Positions 25,469 through 38,547 of a DNA stretch of 60,000 nucleotides are shown in pieces. Below the pieces are notes generated by a model that was not told the DNA's origin, searched no databases, and saw nothing but the letters and a program-made list of their open reading frames with translations. Positions within the stretch are counted from its first letter, which is position 1; each line of letters starts with the position of its first letter. The DNA lies in assembly GCF_018350175.1 (NCBI RefSeq), contig NC_058368.1, positions 116,872,001 through 116,932,000 of the forward strand, written 5' to 3'. Made by a program: the position numbers and the translations under genes. The stretch comes from Felis catus (lineage: Eukaryota).

Positions 25469-26510
25469 AAGAAAAGATAGATTTTCAGATATTACCAGAT
25501 TGGATTTTAGGCCATTTTCCCTTCTGAGGATTCTGAAGTGATGTCATGGAAACAGAAAAAAGGTACTTCCTAGTAAATCATTCATAAAATGAAATGGAAT
25601 CATGAAAGAAGTTAGGCTTTTTTTTTTATTATCATGGTTTTGCCTTCATAAGCTATTTTAATTTCTCTCATTCTAAAATTAAAAAAAAAACTAATATTAA
25701 AATGTTAACATATTTCAATGATGCTAACCATACTACTAACTTGCCTTAAAAGTTTTTTTTAAAGTTTGCTTTAATGACACTTTAATCATGTGCCTTATTT
25801 TATTTAAATGTGTGTAAATTCAGACCCATGAGGATATGTCCTGTACAGGAGAGCACAATATTTGTACCTGGATTTCTTAGGGTACAGAAGTATCTCTTAA
25901 AATGCTTCTTAAATCATATTCATTGATATAAGCTTCATTCATAGAATTACGACTGACTCCGAACGGTACTATCTGGCTGTCTACCTGGTGACCAAGATAT
26001 ACTAAAATTTAGTAATAAGTTATTTTTAAAATGTTAGAAATGCTTAGGGAAGAACTGGTATAACCTATGTCTGCCTTCAGTATTTTCCTTAATATTTTGA
26101 GAATGGATAAATCAAATGTGGAATACCAATGAATTGTCTTTTTTTATTAATATTAACTGTTTTCCATAAATCATGTTATAATCTGCTCATTTGGAGTAAA
26201 GGTCTTTCTTGAACAAAACATGGAATAGTGTTTCAGTATATTTACGTTAGGATTGTTAAGGTATGCTGAAATCAGAGGCCTTAAGTGAGAAAGAAGATAG
26301 AATTCTTTTTTGGGTAAATAGTAATTAGTTAAAACATTATTAACTAAAAGCCTCTGGGTTAACTGCATTTGATTAAATAATTGGCATGGATTAACTGTAT
26401 TTGATTACATTTCATGATGTGACCATAATCAATGGCAAGACTCTGGCTTGATGGTAAGAATAAGGAAAGAAAATTGTATAGAATGGTGATTTTAAGACTT
26501 TGAATTTCAG

Positions 26511-26698
26511 TTTTTTAAAGTTTATTTATTTATTTTGAGAGAGCGGGCAGAGAGAAAGGGAGAGAGAGAGAATCTCAAGTAGGCTCCCCACCATTAGCAC
26601 AATGCCTAACGTGGGGCTCGAACTCATGAACTGTGAGATCATGACCTGAGCTGAAATCCAGAGTCCATGCTTAACTGACTGAGCCACCCAGGTGCCCC
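26511..26698 (-). mobile_element. Can-SINE with TSD TAAGACTTTGAATTTCA
   Basis: Reverse-strand body and duplicated flanks. Confidence 0.9.
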
Positions 26699-27449
26699 TA
26701 AGACTTTGAATTTCAAATAGTAAAGTTCACATACACAAATACACAAAATGGATGGAAAATGTAGATTTGTCAACTTTTTCTTTTTCCATGTATGGAAAAA
26801 TAATTAAAACGAAACAAACACTATTAATTTGTAACATTATTTCACAAAGGAAATGGCATTTTAATGTCAAAATGATAATACAGTGATCCAATAAAGGAAA
26901 CTGTCCTCTAAACTAAAAACGTCATTTTATGAAAAATGTATTATGCCATTATTGGGCTCATTTTTGCCTTAGACCAGTAAAACTTTTGCCATTGACTTCA
27001 GATTGACAACCACTGTGTTAATTGATGATCTGTCATTTTTATTCAGACTTCAAGTTTCTAAGAAAATTCCAATTGTACTTGATGATTAAAAACTAAAAAC
27101 ATCTCTGTATCAACTTGCTGAATGTGATGTGAGCCATTTGAATTTGGAGAGCACTCTATATACCAGCTGAGATTAAGTCAGATTTCCATCTGCAAATTAA
27201 AATAAAGAATGGAAATAATTAGGACAGTTACCTTCCCTCAAATGTCAAGTGACGTTATAACTATGTATTTAGTCAAAGACCTAATTCAAGTGCTTTAAAG
27301 TGCTCTTGTATAAAAAGGCCATGATAAATATTCAATTAAAAATAGCTAATCTGGGCAAATTGCTTCAATAACCTATTTAACTTTGAAATATATATAGACT
27401 TACATTTATATTGGAAGTTTTAAGTTATAAGGAATTTAAGCCCTTTAGA

Positions 27450-28800
27450 AACTTTTTGTTATGAGATAATTTTAGACTTACAAAACCACGAGTAGTATAA
27501 AGTTCCCTTCACCTAGCTTCCCTTAATGTTAACATCTTACATAACCGTTGCCAGTTATCAAAATTAAGAAATTAACCTTGGTACAATTCTATTAACTAAA
27601 CTACAGACTTTACTTAGGTTTCGCCACTTTTTTCCTTAGTGTCCTTTTTCTTTTCAAGGATCCAATGCAAAATCCTACAACACATTTAATTATGTCTCCT
27701 TAGTTTCTACCATCCATGATAGTTTCTTAACCTTTCCTTGTCTTTCATGACCTCAAGACTTTTGAAGAGTACTAGTCAGTTATTTGTAAAAATGTTCCTC
27801 AACTTTTTTCAGTTTTATTGAGATATAATTGACATATAGTACTGTATATGTTAAAGTATCCTGTATATTATACAGGATAATGACTTGATTTACATGTATT
27901 GTGAAATGATTACCATAATAAGTTTAGTTAACAAACATGTCCCTCAATTTGAGATTGTCTTTGTCTTCTGTAGATTATTTTCCTTTTAATTTTTTTAATG
28001 TTTATTATTTATTTTTGAGAGAGAGACAGAGTGTGAGTGAGGGAGGGGCAGACAGAGAAGGAGACACAGAATCCAAAGCAGGCTCCAGACTCTGAGCTGT
28101 CAGCGCAGAGCCCGATGCAGGGCTTGAACCCATGAACCATAAGATCATGAATTCATGACCTGAGCCAAAGTCGGACACTCAACCAACTAAGCCACCCAGG
28201 CACCCCATAGATTATTGATGCTATGCATTATTGGGAAGAATACTGCAGAAATGATATTGTATCCTTCTCAGTACATCACTATCAGGGGGTACATGATGTC
28301 AATGTGTCCTATTGACTGGTGACATTAATCTTTTAAAACAATTGTGGTTAAAAATAACACAAAATTTACCATGTTAAAGATTTTTAAGTGTACAGTTCAG
28401 TAGTGTTAAGGTGATATTAATCTCCAACACTTGCTTAATATAATATCTGTCAAGTTTCTCCACTGTAAAGTTACTATTTCTCTCTTTGTAATTAATAAAT
28501 ACTTGGAGAGAGACGCTTTGAAACAATACCAATATCATGTTTCTGCTTAAACTTTTGCCCATTAATTTTTGTATCCATTGCTGGATATTTCCTATGGCAA
28601 TTAACACTGTGGCATTTGGATGGTAATTTTCTATTTCCCTGATTCCTTTTACACTAATTAATTGAAATTTTCCTATAAGGAAATCTTGTCATTTCTCCTC
28701 TATTTACTTATTAGGTAGTCATTTCTTTATGTATAGTCTCATGGATATTTACCTTTTTATTTGGGTTATAATTCAATGTTATTATTATTTATTTTGTTGT
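27450..28800 (-). mobile_element. Old L1M 3' fragments with a nested Can-SINE (about 27985-28207)
   Basis: AATGTTAACATCTTACATAACC...ACTAAACTACAGACTTT L1MC/MD-like sequence; reverse SINE body. Confidence 0.7.
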
Positions 28801-29261
28801 TCAGGAAGTCTTTTTATCTGGGATGAAAAGCAGATTTATAAGACTGGAATTATCCACATAGAACACATTTGGCCAAAATAAGTATTTCTTTGTAACTCTA
28901 TATTCTGTATGATCTTAAACAAGTATAAGTTTCTTAAATCTTGTTAAAGTTTCTTCATAATGATGTTTTAACTTCAAATAAAAATTATATTAATTTGATT
29001 TAAAATTTCCATTACAGTTATAAAACTACTAAATAAACAGTAAACTATGAAAACTTTAAATTTTATTATGTGGGCATGTTTATATATTTATAAGCTATGT
29101 TTAATAGAGTTGTCAGTTAAGACATAGATTTATATGCTGAAATTAGACATACAGATATACAAGAAATGGAATTGGTCTGTCTGGTTCTATTTAATTCTCC
29201 TAAAAATAAGTAAATATATTGCTTTCTCTGCAATGTCTCTGTATTTTGCTGTTGTTGGTTT

Positions 29262-29463
29262 CTTTTTTTTAATGTTTTTTAAATTTATTTTTGAGAGAGA
29301 GAGCATGAGAAGGGGAGGGGCAGAGAGAGTGAGGGAGACAGAGGATCTGAAGTGGGCTCTGCTCTGACAGCAGTGAGCCCTATGTGGAGCTCGAACTCAG
29401 AAACCGCGAGATCATGACCTGAGCCGAAGTCAGACACTCAACCAGTGAGGCACCCAAGTGCCC
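29262..29463 (-). mobile_element. Can-SINE
   Basis: Reverse-strand body. Confidence 0.85.
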
Positions 29464-30057
29464 GTGTTGGTTTCTATTTAAAGATGAATTTGTCTCCTTT
29501 GTGGAAGCAGAACTCATCCATGTAAGTCTCCTATATAAAGGCCTATTTTCTGTACAGCTGAATATCATTAAAGTATGCAACTAATCAGACACTTATTTTT
29601 CAACCAAAAATTTGACTTCATTTACAATTTCTGTAACACTTAAAAATATTACTAAAGTATTGGTTGTGTTTATATAACACTGAAATAAAATATTAAAAAG
29701 TAAAAATGACCCAGTTTTCTCTTAAGCTGGTGAAGCAAGCTTATACTTCTGTGCACCATGCCCTGCTCGCATGAACACACAAAAAAATAGATAAAAATTA
29801 AAAATTAGAAAATGTGTAAAACAAAATGGAACAAACATAAAATAGCGAACAAGGATGAAGCCCTTATATTTCTGAGCTACAGGATGGGAAGCTGGCATTG
29901 GTTGTCATAAGTTTGGCTCTGATGGGCTATTGGGAGAAAAATGTTCTCCATGCAAGATGGAAAATAAAAGCTGGGGTCGCTGCTTAGAGCCAGAAGCTAA
30001 AATAGGTCTATCTTGCTCATGAAAAAAAGGTTGAAAAACCACTGCCAAAAATTTCTG

Positions 30058-31765
30058 AAGATATGACACACACAAATGGAAATATATTCCACTCTCATGG
30101 ATTGGAAGAAAAAATATTGTTAAAAGGTTCATACTACCCAAAGCAATCTATAGATTTAATGCAATCCCTATCAAAATACCAACAGCATTTTTCACAAAAC
30201 TAGAACCAGTGATCCTAAAATTTGTGTGAAACCACAAGGACCCCAGATAGCCTAAACAATCTTGAAAATACAAAACAAAGCTGAAATTATCAAAATTCCA
30301 GATTTCAAGTTATACTACAAAGCTATAATAATCAAAACAGTATGATATTGGCACAGAAATAGACACATACATGAATAGAACAGGATGGGAAGCCCAGAAA
30401 CAAACCCATGATTATATGGTCAGTTAATCCTAAACAAAAGAGACAAGAACACACAATAGGAAAATGACAGTCCAACAAATGATGTTTGGAAAACTGGATG
30501 GCTACATGCAAAAGAATGAAACTGGATTACTCTCTTACACCATAAAGAAAAATAAACTCAAAATGGATTAAAGACCTAAATGTAAGACCTAAAATCATAA
30601 AAATCCAAGAAGAGAGCACATGCAGTAATTTCTCTGATATTGGCCATAGCAACATTTTTCTAGATATATCTCCTGTGGCAAAGAAGTTAAAGCAAAAATA
30701 AATTATTGGGATTAGATCAAACTAAAAAGCTTCTGCACAGCAGAGGAAACAACGAAACTAATGGAAAACCAACTGAATGAGAGAAAGACATTTGCAAATG
30801 ATGTATCCAATAAAGGGTTAGTATCCAAAATATATAAAGAATTTATACAACTCAACACCCCAAAAACAAATAATCCAATTAAAAAATAAGCAGAAGACAT
30901 GAACAGATATTTCTCCAAAGAAGACATCCAGATGTCCAAAAGACTCATAAAAAGATGCTCAGCATTATTCATCATCAAGAAAACACAAGTCAAAACTACA
31001 ATGAGATATCACCTCATACCTGTCAGAATGGTTAAAATCAAAAACATAGGAAACAAGTGTTGGCAAGGATGTGGAGAAAAAGGAACCCTCATGCACTCTT
31101 AGTGGGAATGCAAACTGGTTCAGCCACTGTGGAAAACAGCATGGAAGTTCCTCAAAAAATTAAAAATAGAACTACTCCATGATCCAGTAATCACACTACT
31201 GGGAATTTACCCAAAGAACACAAAAACACCAATTCAAAAGGATATATGCATCCCTATGTTTATGGCAGCATTATTTACAATAATTAGAAGCAGTCCAAGT
31301 GTCTGTCGATAGATGAATGGATAAAGAGGTGAAACACACACACACACTCACACACACACTTGAATTTATTCAGCCATATAAAGAATGAAATCTTGACATT
31401 TGCAACAACATGGATGGAGCTAGAGAGTATAATGCTAACCAAAATATGTCAGTCAGTGAAAGACAAATATGGTTTCATTCGTATATGGAATTTAAGAAAC
31501 CAGTGAACGAAGGAAGAAAAAGAGAGACACAAACCAAGAAACAGACTCTTAACTATAGAGAACAAACTGATGGTTACCAGAGGGGAGGTCAGTGGGGGAA
31601 TGGGTGAAATAGGAGATGGGAATTAAATAGTACACTTATCATGATGAGCACTCAGTAATGTATAGAATTGTTGAATCATTATATTGTATACCTGAGACTA
31701 ATATAGCACTGTATGTTAACTATACTGGAATTAAGATTAATAACTTAATAAAAATTTAAAAAAGA
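30058..31765 (+). mobile_element. 5'-truncated carnivore L1 (ORF2 C-terminus plus 3' UTR)
   Basis: Decayed ORF2 ([12 protein letters not shown]...TTMRYHL...CWQGCGEKGTL), a carnivore-type 3' UTR and an A-rich tail. Confidence 0.9.
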
Positions 31766-34670
31766 AAGTCTCAGTAAAGAAATAAAAAATACAAAGAAGA
31801 ACTAAATGGAAATTTTAGAACTGAAATATACAATAACTAAAATAAAAAGCTTAGTGGATAGGCTGAATAGTAGAATGGAGGAAATAGACAAAAGAATCAG
31901 TTAATTGGCATACAGAACAATAGAAATTACCCAGTCTGAACAAGAAAGAAAATATACTTTAAAGTAAATGAACAGAATTTCAGAGATATATGGGAAAATA
32001 ACAAAAGATCTAATATTTGTGTCATTGGAGGTGTAGAAGGAAAGGAGAAGGAAGATAGGGCTAAAAAAGTATGCAAAGGGATAGACTGACAACTATCCAT
32101 ATTTGGCTAAAGACATACGCTTGGATATTTAAAAAGCTGAGCAAGGGGCAACTGGGTGGCTCAGTCAGTTAAGCCTTTGACTCTTGATCTCAACACAGGT
32201 CTTGATCTCAAGGTCATGAGTTCAAGCCCTGCATTAGGCTTCATGTTGGGCTCTGCGCTGGTCATGAAGCCTACTTAAAAAAAACTGAGACTCCAAACAG
32301 TAAAAAACTAAGAAATCCACACCAAGACATGTTATAGTCAAACTTCTGAAAACTAAGACAAAAAGTCTTGAAAGCAGCTAGAAAAAGGACACTAAAAAAT
32401 GACCTATACGGGAAAACCAATTTGAATGATAGGGGGTTTCTCATCAGAAATGATGGAGGCCAGAAGCAAGTAGCACAATGTTTCTAGTGACTGAAAGAAA
32501 AGAACTGTCAACCCAATATCCCATACCCAGTTAAAAGATCCTTCAGGAATAAAGAGGACATCAAGACATTCTCAGGTGAAGGAAAACTGAGAGCTTTGTC
32601 ATTAGCAGACTGATCCTAAAAGAATGACTAAGAGAAGTTCTCTAAACAGAAAGGAAATAATTTAAAAGGGAACTGTGGGGAGTGCCTGGGTGGCTCAGTT
32701 GGTTAAGCGTCCAACTTTGGCTCAGGTCATGATCTAGGAGTCCATGTGTTTGAGCCCCACATTGGGCTCTGTGCTGACAGCTCAGAGCCTGGAGCCTGCT
32801 TTTAGATTCTGTGTCTCTGTCTCTCTCTCCCCCTCTCCTGCTCGCACTTGCCCTTTCTCACTCTCGCTCTCTCTCAAAAAATAAATAAACATTAAAAAAA
32901 ATTTTTAAAAAGGAAACTTGGAACATCAGTAAACAATAAAGAACACAGTAAAAAATGGGTGAATACAATAGGCTTTCTTCTCCTCTTGAATTTCCTAAAT
33001 TATGTTGAAACAAAAATGGCAACACTGCCTGATGTGGTTCTGAATGTATATAGAGGGAATAACTAACTATATTTCATTCAAACAGATGAAATGATATAAG
33101 TAGACTGTGAAAAGTTATCTATATATAATGTAATACCTAAAGCAGCCACTAAAAAGTCTTATAAAGCAATATACTCAGAAACACTATAGATAAATCTAAA
33201 TCAAATGTTTAAAAATGGTCAAGTAACCTACAGAAAGATAGAGAAAAAGAAAACAGAAACAAACAGAAACCAAAAATTAAAATGGCAGACTTAAGCCCTA
33301 GCATATGAATAATTACATTAAATGTAAGTGATGCAGCGGTACCTGGGTGGCTCAGTGGGTTAAGCATCCGAATTCAGTTCAGGTCATGATCTCACCGTTC
33401 ATGGGTTCGAGCCCTGCAGCGGGCTCTGTGCTGACAGCTCGGAGCCTGGAGCCTGTTTCATATTCTTTGTCTCCCTCTCTCTCTGTCCCTCCCCTGCTCG
33501 CACTCTGTCACTCTCTCAAAAATAAACATTAAAAGATTTTTTTTAATGTAAATGATCCAAACACACCAGTTAAAGACAGAAGTTGGCAGAGTGGATTAAA
33601 AAACATGACTTCAATATATACTGTCTATAATAAATTCACTTCAGATACAACAATACAGGTTAGTTGAAAGTTAAAGTATGGGAAAATATATATCATAAAT
33701 ATGTTAATAAAATAAAGCAGGTGTGGCCATATTAATATCAGAAATTTCAGAGAAAGAAAATTATCAGAGGCAGAAAGGTACATGATATAGTGGTAAGAAA
33801 GTCAGTTCACTAAGAAGCCATAGTGATCCTAAATGCTCACGTGTGGAACAACAGAGCTGCAAAATATGTGAAGCAAAACTGATAGAACAGAAAGGAGAGA
33901 CAGACAAATTCACAACTGTAGTTTGGAGACCTCAGCATTTCTCTCGGCCATTGACAGAAGTAGACAAACTCAGCAAGAACTTGACAACCAACTAACAGGA
34001 TCTAATAGACATATATAGGACACTCTACCCAAGAAGAACAGAATTATACTCTTTCTAAGTGCTCACAGAACATGTACCAAAATAGTAGATTATATCCTGG
34101 ACCATTAAATAAATCTTAACAAATTTAAAGTAATTATTATGATAGAGAAGGCACTCAGCAACCACAATAAAAGTAAACTAGAAATCACTAATAGAAGGAT
34201 AAGGTAAAACTATCCAAAACACTTCAAACCTAAATGATACACATATAAATAATGCACATATTAAGGAGGAAGTGCCAAGGGCAATTTTAAAGTGCATTGA
34301 ACTGAATGAAAATGAAAATACAACATATCAGAATTTGTGGGGCACAGCTAAAATAGTGTTAGGAGGGAAATGTATAGTACTAAATGTAAACATTAAGACA
34401 GAGGAAAAGCCTCAAATCAATAGTCTAAGCCTACCCTCAAGAACCTAGACAAAGAAGAACAAAACAAATCCAAAGCAAGGAGATGGAAGTATATAATAAT
34501 AAAAGCAGAAATCAATGAAATTCAAAACAGAAAAATAATAGAAACAATTAGTGAAGCAGAGAGCTTGTTCTTAGAGAAGTTCAAAGAAAAAGAGAAAACA
34601 CAAAGTACTAATCCCAGGAATGAAACAGATCATTACCACAGACCTTGGAGATATCAAAAGGATTAAAAGG
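31766..34670 (+). mobile_element. Old L1M (ORF1 and ORF2 endonuclease region) with nested Can-SINEs at about 32145-32285, 32677-32905 and 33337-33545
   Basis: ORF1-like TTCTCATCAGAAA...ATGGAGGCCAGAAG; endonuclease-like ATAATTACATTAAATGTAA and GAACTGAATGAAAATGAAAATACAACATATCA. Confidence 0.8.
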
Positions 34671-34672
34671 GA

Positions 34673-34814
34673 GGGGCGCCTGGGTGGCTCATTGGTTTAA
34701 GCTCAGGTCATGATCTCATGGTTTGTGGGATCCAGCGTGTGAATCAGGCTCTTTGCTGACAGAGTGGAGCCTGCTTGGCATTCTCTCTCCCTCTCTGCCA
34801 CTCCCCTGAATGTG

Positions 34815-34870
<56 letters not shown>

Positions 34871-34885
34871 ATAAACATTTTAAAA
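34673..34885 (+). mobile_element. Can-SINE with a long (CT)n tract
   Basis: GGGGCGCCTGGGTGGCTCA head; (CT)n at about 34819-34866. Confidence 0.85.
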
Positions 34886-35767
34886 AGCTGATATTGTTAA
34901 CACAACAAATTACTCACATGTGCATACAACTCAAGTTGCAGGACTCTCCTTTAAATTGAGTATTAGACATCTGTACCAAATTCAAATCAGAAAAAAGGGC
35001 CCATCCCTAGTCTTTTAGTTGTCAACCCACAATACTTCATAAAGTCTCTGTGCTGTTCACTCACTGAAAGACTGCATTGAATTTCACATAAGCCCTAATG
35101 TTCCCATCTTTTGAGAAAATCTCATTTCTCATAAAATCAGAAATACTTCATCAGGAGTAGAAAATAATTTCACTGGGTTTGTGTTTAAGTTGGTACCATA
35201 AAATTCAACTTAGTTCAAACCTCACCTCGTCTGGAATCTTCCTCATAGCCCATTTCTGTTCTTACTTAGTATCCCTTTGAGTAGTCATAGTGCCTGTGCA
35301 AATCTCTTATGTTAGCCCTTAGCTCCCACTAAGGTCATTGTCTCTGGGTCCCCCTTCTAGGCTGTAACCTCCTGGGGTGTAGGCACCAGGCTTTATTCCA
35401 TTTTCTACCCTCAGTATCTTTCACACGGCCTGAATATAATCCCAAACACCTGCCGATGAATTAATAAATTCAATTAATGCATGGCCAAATGGGTGGCCTC
35501 TCTGAAATGGAAGAAATCCAGTTCAAGTTACTCTCAAAAGAAAATTGTACAGCTATGATAGTATAACAAAATAATTGATAATTAGAAATATAATAAAACC
35601 GTGCACCAATTAATAATTGTTTTTGTTCACATTGGTTAAACCAAAAACCCGAGGAGTAGCCCGAAGAAATAATTTAAGAACTGTGCCACCAGACGACGGA
35701 CATGACGAAGAACAGATTTTGACAGTTTCTGACGGAAAGCTTGGTATATACATCAGGTTTTCAGTTC

Positions 35768-35790
35768 GGACGCCTGGTGGTGCTACAGGC
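35768..35790 (+). promoter_or_regulatory. CSE of relic 1 (CGCT changed to TGCT)
   Basis: GGACGCCTGGTGGTGCTACAGGC, followed by TAAAAAGTAG; aligns with PCDHB2 GGACGCTGGGTGGCGCTGCAGCATTATAAGTAG. Confidence 0.75.
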
Positions 35791-36012
35791 TAAAAAGTAG
35801 GAGGAGGAGCCTGACATTTGCCGCAGACTCCATTTTAGAAAAGACAAAACCTGAAAGGTGCTGGGGATGGACGCGGCTTGGAAAGTGTCGGCTGCAAGCT
35901 CGGATTGCAGACCTTTCTTAAAATGAATGAGAACTAGACATAAATTGACGTTATTCCTCTTACAGACTCCCGAAGGCTTCGTTTGTTACAGACAGCGCCT
36001 TCAGAGGATGTG

Positions 36013-37230
36013 CAGGAAATTGTGGGAGAGAAAATCTGGCAGAAAAGGCAAGTGGTGAGTTTTCCTTTTCTTCCTGAGCGTATTGCAGGCGGCCCTGGGA
36101 AAGGAAGGTGCCTATTAATGGCCAGAGTTTCCGGAGATTTGGCGTCGGCTGCGGGAAGGGGAGCGTCCGTGTACCTGCGGGAGGACAGACAAGAGCAGGG
36201 TGGTTTCCAAACAAATCCAAGAATATTTTAGCTCCACCCACAGAAGAGTCTTTTCTCCCGAACAGGAAACCAGACCTGTAGGAGTTCAGCGTTTCCAAGT
36301 ATTACCTGTAAACTTCTTTTTGGTTTTCTGAGAAAAAGCTATGAGTCTAAGATGTTCCTTCTTTGAAAAATTCTTCTGAACGTTGCAGAATGTGCACGGG
36401 GGACATGCGTGAGATTTGGGTGAATTTTCCGTAACTGGAAACCACACCATCAGTTCAATATCCATTCTCACAATAAAGTGCGATGCAATAGTGGGGTAAG
36501 TAATTTACTCATTCGTGGCAAAAGAAATCTCTGGATGAAGAACAACCCAAGGTAAGTCTGACTGTCACAGAGAGGAATGGTAGTTATCAGCACTAGTTGG
36601 GACCTCCTAGGTCCAAATAATGACAACAAGCGACAACCCTTTTGATGCATTCCCCTCGGCAACCTGGTTGTCAGAAGTTTCTGCTGAAGATTTAGTCTTA
36701 ATAATTAAGAAACGGCTCGCTGAATAATCTGAGCTCACTAAATCCTCCAATATCTGGAAACTACTCGGGAACATTTTAATTACTGCTGATATCTGTGCAT
36801 GGTAAATATGCACTGCAAGGAAATTACCAGGCAGTTTCAGGGCTATGTGCTAAATACTTAGAAAATTTACAGCAGAAACAGTTTCAGAAATCTTTCTCCC
36901 TGTGAAGGATGTTGGATGACAATCTCAATGGATCACAGTTCTACAGAATTGGTCATGTTGACACTTAATCTGCTCATCCTGGAAAACTTCCAGAAACAGA
37001 CTTCACCTGTTCAAGGATCATAATCTAAGCACTCTGGACTAAAAAGAAAATGCCTTGATCCTTCCTTCCAGAATTTTTTTTCCATTAAATGTTCAAAATA
37101 TTCCATACTCTGCCAGCCTAATGCAGGACAGAGAGAAGAGAGATTCATGCAAGCAACATCACTTTATCTTCAGTGAAACTAAGTTCTTTGAAGCTGAAAA
37201 CAAGACAATAGGTAGATACAGCTATCATCC
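36013..37230 (+). pseudogene. Pcdh-beta relic 1 (start codon lost, many frameshifts and stops, traceable from the signal peptide into EC4)
   Basis: Manual translation gives EIVGEKIWQKRQV (signal-peptide QRQV motif), SRVVSK, FQVLPVNF, KSLDEEQPKVSLTVT and QDREKR...NIT...KLKT remnants in the expected order. A CSE lies about 245 bp upstream. Confidence 0.8.
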
Positions 37231-38344
37231 TTGGTATTGTTGCTTTGGGCCTCTGGATAAAAAGCAGAGGAAAACATCCCTTTTCTGAATAGCATCATAG
37301 TTGTTTTACGGCTCTACCTTTAGTAGTGTTTTCTTCGGAGGCATAGCTAAGGTTAATTTATAGTCAACAAGTACTGATAACTTAGCTATTTTTATCTTTT
37401 TATTTACCTCATAATGGTCTTGGTTTAGAAGCCAGTAACTTCTATATTAAGTACTGAAAAAGAATGCATTGTTTTCTGTGCAGACCTAATTTCCTTTGAT
37501 CTTTCATAAAGGTAAGTTACCCCTAAAATTTTATGTACACTATCCTAGGAGGTATCCCAGTGCGTGACCAGGAAACTCATCCCAGTCTATCCATAAAATG
37601 ATAATCTTTAAGAGGGAAGTATTCCCAGGCAAAGCTGGGCTATTTCTTTTAAAGTCATCTTTTATTTTCTTGATATTTCATAGATGATGGCCCATAAATT
37701 GTGATAGTTTACTTTTCAGCTAGACTCCTGTCCATCTGCTAAATTCAAATAACTATTTGATTACTATTATGTAGTTTTTACTTTTTATTGAAATAAAGTC
37801 ACTTTATTTTGATGACATCGATGAGACAAAATCAAATGCAGATATCAAACCTCAGGAGAAAAGTAATTGATAGAAATAAATGTCTCCTTCGTTATTTACG
37901 GTGTAATCCACTGAGTCGCTGTGAAGCTTATTTATTGATATGCTAAATTTGTATGTGTTAATTTTTACTAAGTTTTCTTATTAAGATAAAAAATAATTCA
38001 TGCTTTAACAATTAATATCCCAGCATCTCCAATACACTGAAACAGAATGCCATTTAATATGGAGTGGTGAAATAACCTCATCTTTCTTCTCTTTGCATCA
38101 ATGTTTAATAGTCTCTGGTATGGTTTAGAATAATCAAAGACAGCAGATGCAAAAGCATGATATGCCTCAAATGAGATCTAATTGCTGGTTTTTAATGTAT
38201 TTGTAATAGTTGCTGAGAAACTAAAAATACACATTATTCAATACATTAGATAATAAGCCTATTACATAAATATGAAATATTTGATATTTATGTTTGTCTC
38301 CCTAAAATACTTTTCTTCTTTCTGGAGAGTTTGAAAAACTAAGA

Positions 38345-38370
38345 GAAGCCTGGTGATTACACTGCAGGCT
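38345..38370 (+). promoter_or_regulatory. Degenerate CSE of relic 2
   Basis: GAAGCCTGGTGATTACACTGCAGGCT, about 200 bp upstream of the relic ATG; the core is disrupted. Confidence 0.45.
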
Positions 38371-38547
38371 CAGATGGTAGAGCAACCTGACTGCAAATAT
38401 ACACTGTATGCTCCATATTAAACTACCCTGACTTTGAGAGTGTATTGGAAGCCTGAGACTCTGGTGGCATAAAGAACACAAAGATCGGTGTGATAAAACT
38501 GATTATTCAAAGCTGTATTTGCTAAGAAGGTGTTAGAAGAAGGAATA

